Positions 8,922 to 17,099 of a DNA stretch of 64,000 nucleotides are shown here, piece by piece (within the stretch, counting starts at the first letter, position 1; the number at the start of each line of letters is the position of its first letter). Location: the NCBI GenBank assembly GCA_013152275.1, contig JAADGS010000028.1, positions 1-64,000 on the forward strand, written 5' to 3'. The position numbers and the translations under genes are program-made. This DNA is from Actinomycetota bacterium. GTDB lineage: Bacteria > Actinomycetota > Acidimicrobiia > Spongiisociales > UBA4744. The notes below the pieces were generated by a model. It searched no databases. It worked only from the letters and a program-made list of their open reading frames with translations, and had not been told where the DNA came from.

Positions 8922-10094
8922 TCAGCCTTCGAGATGTCGAGCGAACGTCTCGAGGAACCTCGCCCCGTCGGCTCCGTCGGCCACCCTATGGTCCACCGTG
9001 AGTCCGACCTCACAGGTGAGCGCCGCCTTCACTCCACCATCCGCCGTTGCCACCGGCCGCATCCGAATGCTCCCCACCGACAGGATCGCAGCCTGCGGTG
9101 GGAAGACCAGAGCGGCGAATACATCGACCCCGAGACCGCCGAGGTTCGAGAGGGTGATCGAAGGCTGCGCCATGTCTTCCTGGCTGGGCGAACCGATCCG
9201 GGCCCGCTCGAGAGTCGAGCGCACGATACGATCTGCCTCGTCCGGATCGACGAGGTCGGGATCCGATACCGCTGCGACGATCAGTCCCACGTTCGGTCGG
9301 TCGATCGCCACTCCGATCCGAACCGTGTCGAACGGCACGGGTTCTCGCTGCCGGTCGTCCCACCGGCTGTTCACCTCGGGATGCTCTCGCAGCGCGCCGG
9401 CGAGCGCCCTCACGAGTTCGGTCGTCCAACTGCGACCGCCTTTGTGCGCTGCGGCGCGATCGAGAACGATCGTTCGGTACAGCGTGAACTGAGGGATCGC
9501 CGCGGACCTGCCCATGATCTCGGCGGTGGCTCGACGCACCGAGAGCTTCCTCGCGGTATCGACCGGCATCGCCGAACTCTGGGACGGAGCAGGAGTCTGC
9601 TCAGGGACACGATCGGCATGCTCTCCAGGGCGAGCCTCGCGTCGCCGAACGAACGCCTCCACGTCGGCCGAAGTCACTTGACCACGTGCCCCCGTGGGCT
9701 CGACCTCGGCCAGATCGACACCCAGCCGGCGGGCGAGTAGTCGCGCCGGTGGCGCTGCCGGCACGATGCCGTGTGAAGCCTCTGCGGACGCAGGTGGTGA
9801 CGGCTCGCGCTCGGTCAGCTCCAATCCGGCGAGCAGGTCGCCGGTCTCGGACGCAATCGTGGCGATGGTGGCGCCCAGCGGAACCACCGTGCCGGGCTCG
9901 ACCAGCAACTCGACCACCGTGCCTTCGTACGGGGACACCAGCTCCATGTCGACCTTGTCCGTCGCCACGTCGGCGATCGGCCGACCTTCCGACACGTGAT
10001 CACCGGGTGCGACGAACCACTCGAGGATGGTCGCCTGTTCCATCGTCGCGGTCATGGCAGGCAGGCGAATCTCGAGGATGTTCTCGCCGGTCAT
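8922..10094 (-). CDS. Dihydrolipoamide acyltransferase (E2)
   Basis: Lipoyl motif ATDKVDM, E3-binding domain (PPARLLARRLGVDL...TGARG), catalytic DHRVADG. Confidence 0.92.
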   Translation of the reverse strand: MTGENILEIRLPAMTATMEQATILEWFVAPGDHVSEGRPIADVATDKVDMELVSPYEGTVVELLVEPGTVVPLGATIATIASETGDLLAGLELTEREPSPPASAEASHGIVPAAPPARLLARRLGVDLAEVEPTGARGQVTSADVEAFVRRREARPGEHADRVPEQTPAPSQSSAMPVDTARKLSVRRATAEIMGRSAAIPQFTLYRTIVLDRAAAHKGGRSWTTELVRALAGALREHPEVNSRWDDRQREPVPFDTVRIGVAIDRPNVGLIVAAVSDPDLVDPDEADRIVRSTLERARIGSPSQEDMAQPSITLSNLGGLGVDVFAALVFPPQAAILSVGSIRMRPVATADGGVKAALTCEVGLTVDHRVADGADGARFLETFARHLEG

Positions 10095-11083
10095 GCGTTC
10101 ATCAGCTCCTTGGCAGACCGCTCGATATCATCTACCTGAGGAATCGTTGCCCGTTCCAGCTCCTTGGCATACGGCATCGGATTGTCTCTTCCGCACACAC
10201 GCCGTACCGGAGCGAGGAGGTAGTCGAGCGCGTCGGATTCGACCACTCCTGCAACGACTTCGGCACCGACGCCCACTGCGGTCGGCGCCTCGTGGCCGAC
10301 GAGGAGTCTCCCCGTCTTCCTCACCGACCCACGGACGGTTTCGATGTCGAGTGGCCGCACCGTCCGCAGATCGACGACTTCCGCGTCGATGCCCGCATCG
10401 GCAAGTCTCTTCGCCGCCTCCAGCGCCTTGACCGTCATGATCGAATACGCGGCGATCGTCAGATCGGTGCCATGACGAACGACCTTGGCTTCGCCGATTC
10501 GCGCGGGCGTGTCGGCAATACGGGCTCTCGATTCGAAAGGACCTTCGGTCTTGTACAGGAGCTTGTGCTCGACGAACACCACCGGATTCGGATCCAACAC
10601 CGATGCCAGCAACAGGTCGTGTGCGTCTTGCGGAGTGGCGGGCAGCACGACCTTCAGCCCCGGCACATGCGCGAACCAGGCCTCGAGACTCTGGCTGTGT
10701 TGAGCGGCTCCGGTCCCGCCACCCCCGGCCGCTCGCACGACCATCGGGACATCGACGTGTCCTCCGTACATGAAGTGCAGCTTCGCCGCCTGATTCACGA
10801 GGGGATCCATTGCGTTCACGATGAAATCGAAGAACTGCACTTCCACCACGGGTCTCAGCCCGGTGATGGCGGCGCCGACCCCCAGTCCGACGATGACCTC
10901 CTCGGAGATCGGTGTATCCCGAACTCGGTCCTCCCCGAACTCCTGGACGAGTCCGTCGGTGATGCCGAATGCCCCGCCGTAGATGCCGATGTCTTCACCG
11001 GCGAGGAATACTCGGGGGTCCTCCGTCAGCAGCAGCCGGAGCGCTGCTCCGACGGCCTTCGCGTACGAACTCGTCTCAGGCAT
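10091..11083 (-). CDS. TPP-dependent dehydrogenase E1 beta subunit (AcoB/PdhB-like)
   Basis: GEDIGIYGGAF, DTPISE, AAQHSQSLEAWF and DLRTVRPLD motifs. Confidence 0.93.
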   Translation of the reverse strand: MPETSSYAKAVGAALRLLLTEDPRVFLAGEDIGIYGGAFGITDGLVQEFGEDRVRDTPISEEVIVGLGVGAAITGLRPVVEVQFFDFIVNAMDPLVNQAAKLHFMYGGHVDVPMVVRAAGGGGTGAAQHSQSLEAWFAHVPGLKVVLPATPQDAHDLLLASVLDPNPVVFVEHKLLYKTEGPFESRARIADTPARIGEAKVVRHGTDLTIAAYSIMTVKALEAAKRLADAGIDAEVVDLRTVRPLDIETVRGSVRKTGRLLVGHEAPTAVGVGAEVVAGVVESDALDYLLAPVRRVCGRDNPMPYAKELERATIPQVDDIERSAKELMNA

Positions 11084-12056
11084 ACGTGGCTCCCTCCAAG
11101 TCGTCTACGAGCGCGGGTGGTGCCTTGTAGGCAGCCGCCACCGCCGCTCGTATTCGCTCACGAGCCGCCGCCTGTACGGCGGCGATGTCCCCGTCTCCGA
11201 GCCAGGCGAGTGAGCGAAGACGCTGCTCATAGAGCATGAGCGGATCTTTCGTGGTGCGCCATTCGTCGATCTCCTGCTGTGTCCTGTAGAGATTGCGATC
11301 CGACTTCGAGTGGCCCCTGTAGCGGTAGGTGACGAATTCCAACAGACTCGGCCCTTCGCCCGATCGGGCACGCTCCACGGCCTCTTTCGAGTGTTCGAAC
11401 ACCGCGACCACGTCGTTGCCGTCCACCTGGACGCCAGGCATGCCGTAGGCGGATGCGCGGTTCGCCACCGACCCTCCGGCCGTCGACTTCTCCTGGGCCA
11501 TGGACATCCCGTACTGATTGTTCTCGCAGGCGAACACGACGGGAAGTGACCAGATCGATGCAAGATTGAGCGCCTCGTGGAACGCACCTTCGTTCGCGGC
11601 ACCGTCTCCGAAGAAACAGGCGACGACCTTTCCGGTCTCCTGCAATCGCTGCGAGAGAGCTGCACCCGTGGCGATGGTCATCGATCCGGCGACGATTCCG
11701 TTGGCGCCGAGGTTTCCGCTGTCCACATCCGCGATGTGCATCGATCCGCCTCGGCCCCGGCAGTATCCCGTATCTTTCATCAGGAGTTCGGCCAGCATCC
11801 GCTCGGGGTCTGCCCCGTGGGCGAGGGCGTGGCCATGACCTCGGTGTGTCGAGGTGATGAAGTCACCCTCGTCGAGAGCGTCACAGACCCCCACCGCCAC
11901 GGCCTCCTGGCCGATCGTGAGATGCATCGTGCCGTGCAAGAGCCCTCTCGAGAAGAGCTCTTCGACCGCTTCTTCGAAGATGCGTATCGACCACATTCCC
12001 TTGAGTACATCGGCCGCCTGGGCGGCATCGGTTGGATCCATTCTTGCCATACTCAT
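11076..12056 (-). CDS. TPP-dependent dehydrogenase E1 alpha subunit (AcoA-like)
   Basis: HLTIGQEA, STHRGHGH, GRGGSMHIAD, TPP motif GDGAANEG...ENNQY, TYRYRGHS. Confidence 0.93.
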   Translation of the reverse strand: MSMARMDPTDAAQAADVLKGMWSIRIFEEAVEELFSRGLLHGTMHLTIGQEAVAVGVCDALDEGDFITSTHRGHGHALAHGADPERMLAELLMKDTGYCRGRGGSMHIADVDSGNLGANGIVAGSMTIATGAALSQRLQETGKVVACFFGDGAANEGAFHEALNLASIWSLPVVFACENNQYGMSMAQEKSTAGGSVANRASAYGMPGVQVDGNDVVAVFEHSKEAVERARSGEGPSLLEFVTYRYRGHSKSDRNLYRTQQEIDEWRTTKDPLMLYEQRLRSLAWLGDGDIAAVQAAARERIRAAVAAAYKAPPALVDDLEGATYA

Positions 12057-12997
12057 TCCCTCACATACCTGCGGGCCGCCTCACCGTGGAGTGCCGCTGC
12101 CGCAGCCGATTGATCACATACGAGGACATCGAGAAGCCCACCGGTCAAGGACGCGGCGATCGCCTGGCCCTTTGCCACTCCGGCGGCGACACCGACGACA
12201 CAGGGAATCGCCCGCAGCTGATCGAGACTCAACGCGACGACCCGACGGCTGAGCGGTCCCTGGAGCTCCTCTCCACCCTGATCGATGAGCCGGGCGCAGA
12301 TCACCGCCTCCGGTTTCATCGACCCCTGATAGCCGGCCGCGATGGCTCGTTCCGCGAAACCTTCTCCAGGTATGCCGATACCGACCAGCGCGATACTTGC
12401 GGAGCGGGCGAACTCGAGCTCGGTTCGTATCCTGGGGTCGGAAAGGAGCTCCTCGGCGACCGCCTCGTCCTCGACGAGGGCGGGTGCGTGCAAGAAGCGA
12501 TGGCGGCCACCCAACGCCTCGGCCAGCATCCGAACGAGTTCGTGGCCCGACGCGGCCGGTGCCATGGTCAGATCCCCACCGACTTGCACAACCTCGATGT
12601 CCCGAGGCTCCTCCACCGCAACGTTGCGGACGGTCGCCTCGACGCTGCGCCCCCAACCGATGGCGACCCGATCGCCATCGCCGACGTGTCCCACGAGCCA
12701 CTCGGCGGCAAGATGCCCCACCGAAGCGAGCGTGTCGCCACCAGCAACCAGCACTATCGCCTCACGTATCCCGAAGCGTTCAACGAGCTCCTGCTCCAAG
12801 GCTCCGTGACGTCGCAGTGGATGATCTATCACGAACCGGATCACACCTTCGCGACGCGCGGCATCGAGCAACCGGGACACGTTGGATCGACTCGTGCCCA
12901 GATGGTGGGCGATTCGGTCCTGCGACCAGCCCTCTATGTAGTAGCGCTCCGCGGCCTCGGCGAGACGACCGCGACGACTTATCGACTCAGAAATCAC
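12053..12997 (-). CDS. Second SorC/DeoR-type sugar-binding regulator
   Basis: YYIEGWSQDRIA...SRSNVSRLL HTH, GWGRSV and VAAGVAKG motifs. Confidence 0.9.
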   Translation of the reverse strand: MISESISRRGRLAEAAERYYIEGWSQDRIAHHLGTSRSNVSRLLDAARREGVIRFVIDHPLRRHGALEQELVERFGIREAIVLVAGGDTLASVGHLAAEWLVGHVGDGDRVAIGWGRSVEATVRNVAVEEPRDIEVVQVGGDLTMAPAASGHELVRMLAEALGGRHRFLHAPALVEDEAVAEELLSDPRIRTELEFARSASIALVGIGIPGEGFAERAIAAGYQGSMKPEAVICARLIDQGGEELQGPLSRRVVALSLDQLRAIPCVVGVAAGVAKGQAIAASLTGGLLDVLVCDQSAAAAALHGEAARRYVRE

Positions 12998-13022
12998 AAC
13001 TGTGACATGGTATCACAATTGC

Positions 13023-13745
13023 TCAGCCGTCGGTATTCCAGCTTCCGCCGTGCCAGTCGTAGGCAAGGTCCTCGGCGACGAAGATATCCTCGACGAACGT
13101 GACCTTGATGTTCCGGGGATCGCCCGGAACGTAGCGAATGGGAAGATCGCTGAAACGCTCGACGGTCTCCGCGGTGTCGACACCCTCGAATCCGGCCCTC
13201 TCTGCCCGCCGATAGGCGTGAAGGAGCGGCAGCGCGTGGAAACCCTGGGGTGTTTGCACCTTCCGAAGATCTCCCTCGGCGAGGGACACGATAATCCCGT
13301 CCTTCGTCTGATAGAGGGGCTCTTCGGGGACGTAGCCCGGAATCGCCCCGCCGTCGCGACGTGCACGTGCGATGACGAGTTCGAGGAGCTTGGTGGACAT
13401 GAACGGCCTCGCCCCGTCATGGATGACGACACAATCGATCTCGCCCGATTCGATCCGATCCGCCAGAGCCGCAAGACCCTCGTATTCACTCGCCTGGCGA
13501 GTTGGGCCTCCCTCCACGATCATCGTCGGTGTTCCCGCCTCGTTCTGTTGCACGAGTAGTTCCGCCTGTTCACGATCCACCTCGCGAATCACGAGGACGA
13601 TGACATCCACCGCGTCGGAGCGGCCCATCGTGTCGAGCGAATAGGCCAGCATCGGACGACCCCGAATGGGCAGATACACCTTGTTGATGTCGATCCTTGC
13701 CCTGGAACCCGACCCTCCGGCAAGGAGAATGGCGGCAGTCGTCAT
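13023..13745 (-). CDS. ispD: 2-C-methyl-D-erythritol 4-phosphate cytidylyltransferase (IspD/TarI family)
   Basis: LAGGSGSR...NK, GGPTRQAS, HDGARPF, VQTPQGF and NIKVT motifs. Confidence 0.85.
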   Translation of the reverse strand: MTTAAILLAGGSGSRARIDINKVYLPIRGRPMLAYSLDTMGRSDAVDVIVLVIREVDREQAELLVQQNEAGTPTMIVEGGPTRQASEYEGLAALADRIESGEIDCVVIHDGARPFMSTKLLELVIARARRDGGAIPGYVPEEPLYQTKDGIIVSLAEGDLRKVQTPQGFHALPLLHAYRRAERAGFEGVDTAETVERFSDLPIRYVPGDPRNIKVTFVEDIFVAEDLAYDWHGGSWNTDG

Positions 13746-13808
13746 GTGCGTGCATCCGGCACTAGCAGAGAGGTATCCGACGAAACACGCTCTACACTAG
13801 TTGGCTCC

Positions 13809-14342
13809 ATGCGATTTCCACCTGTCACAAGCCCACACATGCTCCGCCCCTTCGGCTCCCGCCAACTCGGATTGTGGGGCGATCGGGAGCACGTCGTCGT
13901 CTTTGCCGTCATGGGCGGCCGCTTCGCCGGACCTACGCTCCAAGTGCACGCACCCACACTCCTGCAACGCCTGGAGCAGCTGTCGCCCGATATCGACACC
14001 CTCGTGTTCGTGGACGAACCGTTCCCGGACAGTGCGATGGTCGAGAGAATCGACGACATGCTCGAACAGTTTGCATCTCAGCAGGTCGACGCACTCGCGG
14101 CCTACGTGGCTGCCACCGAAGCCATAAAGCGGGTGCATGGGGATCAGGTCCTCCACGGCGTCGACCGTTCCACACTGATCGCGGTGAAGGGGCCCGAGAT
14201 CATCTCCCGAGAGGCGCTGGTTCGTGCAGTGGACATCATGGACTCCCGACCGTGGACCTGCCCGTTGCTTCTCGTGGCGCGCTCCGGGGGGCGCGTGGCG
14301 CGATATCAGGGTCCGATCATGAAGGACGAGAACGCGCGTTGA
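13809..14342 (+). CDS. Degenerate IspD-like protein (C-terminal half similarity only; start uncertain)
   Basis: ATEAIKRVHGDQVLHGVDRSTLIAVKGPEI matches the IspD DTIKRV...DR..L...QTPQ arm by eye; no GxGxR motif. Confidence 0.55.
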   Translation: MRFPPVTSPHMLRPFGSRQLGLWGDREHVVVFAVMGGRFAGPTLQVHAPTLLQRLEQLSPDIDTLVFVDEPFPDSAMVERIDDMLEQFASQQVDALAAYVAATEAIKRVHGDQVLHGVDRSTLIAVKGPEIISREALVRAVDIMDSRPWTCPLLLVARSGGRVARYQGPIMKDENAR

Positions 14343-16063
14343 GCGCTCCCCCGTCGACGTTCCGATTCGCCGTCATCGCCGACTCGCACATCCGTCGACA
14401 CGACGGCGGCGGGTACCCCTCCGACGGCGCCATGCTGGAGCGCAACCGATTCGTTGTCGATCTGATCAATCGACTCGGGCCTTCGTTCGTCATCCACCTC
14501 GGAGATATCGTCCATCCTCTTCCGGTCGAAGCCGGGCACGAAGCCGCGGTGCGCCTCGCCGCCGATCTCTACCAGGGCATCGAGGTTCCCCTGCATCACC
14601 TGCCCGGCAACCACGATGTCGGGGACAAGCCGAATCCGCAGGTCGCGGTGCCGCCGGTAGACGACGCCGCCTACGACGTTTTCGAACGGCACTGGGGGCC
14701 TGCCTACAGGTCGTTCGACCACGACGGCTGCCACTTCGTGCTCATCGACACTCCCATCCTCAACTCGGGGCTCGAGAGAGAGCGTCGGCAGCGCCGCTGG
14801 ATAGAGAACGACCTTGCCGCAGCGGCGGGACGGCGTATCTTCCTGTTCAGTCACTATCCGCCGTTCATCCGCGACCGAAACGAGGCCGAGAACTACGACA
14901 ATCTTGCAGAGCCGGCAAGATCCTGGCTCATCGACCTTGTCGAACGGCACTCCGTCGAAGCATGGTTCTCCGGGCATGTCCACAACTTCCTGTACAACCG
15001 TCACCGCTGCGACTTCTACGCTCTCCCGTCTACGGGCTTCGTGCGACCGGACTACTCGGAACTGGCGGCGATCCCACCCGAGGCAGAAGCAGGACGCGAC
15101 GATCGCGCGAAGCTGGGATTCTTCATCGTCGACGTCACCTCGGACGGACACGTCGTCCGGCCGGTTCGCACCTACGGATGCACAACGACCGATCGCCTTC
15201 CGGTACCGGCCGAAACGTCGGCGGCGTCGGACTGGACCTGTCCGGTCGGGGTCACGCTCCGCCACGACTGGATGGCCACGGTCGGTTTGCCGACCGATGG
15301 GCTCGACCCGTTCGTGCGAAAGATGGTCCGCAACGACTACCCCCTGCTCGCCCTCCAGGAGTCGAGGATCACCGATGTTCGTGTTCCGGCGGAGGACATC
15401 ATGTCCGCCGATCGGCGTCGACGCCTCACCGATCTCGGCCGGCTGGGGTTGCGTTTCACCGTCTTCTCGGTGGGACCACCCGACGCTGCGATCGTGAGCG
15501 CCATCGACGAGAGCACACCTGCCGTCGTCCGCTGGGAGATCATCATCCAACCGGACCGGATCGAACCCGTGCTCTCGAACCTCGGCCGATCTCCGGTTCC
15601 CAGGGCCCTCGCCCCCATCGTCCCCATCGGATCAGGCGGTATCCAACACTTCGTCACACACGGGTTCGATCCGCGGGCCGACGATCTCCTTTCCCGTTCC
15701 GTGGACGCAGGGGCCGCAGAGTTGTTCGAGGAGTTCGTCTACCGGGTCGCGCCCGGTCACCCCGTCGAGAAAGCCGCCTCCCTGGCGATCCGGTCCGCTC
15801 GAGCGATCGGCATCGGAGCATCGATGATCATCGAGATGCCTCGCGGCGGCGAGGCCGATGTGTTCGACGACGATGAGCAGATCGCGCATCGGGCCATTGA
15901 AGCGTCGGCCGCACGTCTACGGCATCCCGACATCCCGATGTTCCTCGACGGCTTCATGGATCACGACCGTGGCTACTACCGCCGTCACGGTCTCATCGAC
16001 CGCCGATGCAACCCCCGACCGGCGCTGCACGCGCTGATCAACTTCGCGAGATCTCCCCGCTGA
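14339..16063 (+). CDS. Calcineurin-like metallophosphoesterase with large C-terminal domain
   Basis: DSH, LGD, GNHD, FSH and GHVH motifs. The TTG start overlaps the upstream stop; the ORF-track N-terminal extension is probably spurious. Confidence 0.85.
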   Translation: MSAPPSTFRFAVIADSHIRRHDGGGYPSDGAMLERNRFVVDLINRLGPSFVIHLGDIVHPLPVEAGHEAAVRLAADLYQGIEVPLHHLPGNHDVGDKPNPQVAVPPVDDAAYDVFERHWGPAYRSFDHDGCHFVLIDTPILNSGLERERRQRRWIENDLAAAAGRRIFLFSHYPPFIRDRNEAENYDNLAEPARSWLIDLVERHSVEAWFSGHVHNFLYNRHRCDFYALPSTGFVRPDYSELAAIPPEAEAGRDDRAKLGFFIVDVTSDGHVVRPVRTYGCTTTDRLPVPAETSAASDWTCPVGVTLRHDWMATVGLPTDGLDPFVRKMVRNDYPLLALQESRITDVRVPAEDIMSADRRRRLTDLGRLGLRFTVFSVGPPDAAIVSAIDESTPAVVRWEIIIQPDRIEPVLSNLGRSPVPRALAPIVPIGSGGIQHFVTHGFDPRADDLLSRSVDAGAAELFEEFVYRVAPGHPVEKAASLAIRSARAIGIGASMIIEMPRGGEADVFDDDEQIAHRAIEASAARLRHPDIPMFLDGFMDHDRGYYRRHGLIDRRCNPRPALHALINFARSPR

Positions 16064-17099
16064 CAATCGCCTGCTGCGCGACGTCACCGAGCATGCGCGC
16101 CCCCGCCCCGAACGAGGCGAACCGCTCGTCGTGCGTGAACCCTTGGTGGTACCGGTAGTAGATCTGCTGGGCGATCACCGCCAGCTTGAACAGCCCGAAC
16201 ACGTAGTAGAACACCAGGTCGTCGATATCGATACCCGTGAGCCCGGCGTAGCGTTGCGCGATCTCGACACGAGTGCGGCTCCCCGGCGCCGCCGTCGGCC
16301 CTCCCGCGATGTCCATCAGCGCGCGAGGATCGCCCGGCTCGGCCCAATACGCGAGACTGGAACCCAGATCCATGAGTGGATCGCCGAGCGTTGCCATCTC
16401 CCAATCGAGCACCGCGCGCACCCGGCCCAGATCGTCAGGATCGAGAACCAGGTTGTCGAGTTTGAAATCGTTGTGAATGAGCGCGGTACCCGTCTCGACC
16501 GGCCGGTTCTTCGCGAGCCACGAGATCGTCCGGTCGATCGACGCCACAGGTTCGATCATCGCATCATGCCAGCGGCGAGACCAGCCATCGACCTGACGTT
16601 CGACGTAACCGTCGGGATGACCAAGTGTCTCGAGCCCCGCTCCGACGACATCGATGCCGTGGATCTGTACGAACGTCTCCACAAACGCATCGCAGACACG
16701 GCCCATCGTCGAAGCGTCCGGGGGCGGAGTCCCACCACGAAGGATGACGCCGTCCACCCGCTCCATCAGATAGAAGGGCACTCCGAGGATCGAAGGGTCC
16801 TCGCAGAAGGCGATCGGCTCCGGCACTTTCGGCCAGACCGGTTGCAGATGGGTGAGGATTCGGTACTCACGGCTCATGTCATGACCGGACTTGACGTGCG
16901 CTCCCAGCGGAGGACGACGCAGGACCAGTTCGCGATCCCCGATGCCGAGCAGGTACGTCAGGTTCGAGTGACCCGACGGGAACTGGGACACCTCGATCGG
17001 TCCGCCCAGTTCGGGGAGCCGAGAAGCCAGCCAGTGCTGCAACGAATCGACGTCGATCTCTTCTCCGGCACGTACGGGACGCGCCTCCTGCGCCTTCAT
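16038..17099 (-). CDS. APH/choline-kinase-like phosphotransferase (ACAD10/11 kinase-like)
   Basis: GHSNLTY, VLRRPP, HDMSREYR, HNDFKLDN and LDWEMATLGDP motifs. Confidence 0.9.
   Translation of the reverse strand: MKAQEARPVRAGEEIDVDSLQHWLASRLPELGGPIEVSQFPSGHSNLTYLLGIGDRELVLRRPPLGAHVKSGHDMSREYRILTHLQPVWPKVPEPIAFCEDPSILGVPFYLMERVDGVILRGGTPPPDASTMGRVCDAFVETFVQIHGIDVVGAGLETLGHPDGYVERQVDGWSRRWHDAMIEPVASIDRTISWLAKNRPVETGTALIHNDFKLDNLVLDPDDLGRVRAVLDWEMATLGDPLMDLGSSLAYWAEPGDPRALMDIAGGPTAAPGSRTRVEIAQRYAGLTGIDIDDLVFYYVFGLFKLAVIAQQIYYRYHQGFTHDERFASFGAGARMLGDVAQQAIVSGEISRS

Noticed and set aside
13001..13017. CRP box
   Set aside because: The spacer is 7 nt rather than 6; kept only as a generic dyad.
13874..14338. 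N-terminal extensions in the ORF track (also 23857-25140, 53018-54154, 57143-57427)
   Set aside because: They overlap better-supported genes; motif-bearing sequence starts later at SD-led or leaderless starts.
16038..17099. Aminoglycoside resistance kinase
   Set aside because: Motifs and coupling to an acyl-CoA dehydrogenase point to the ACAD10/11-like metabolic subgroup.
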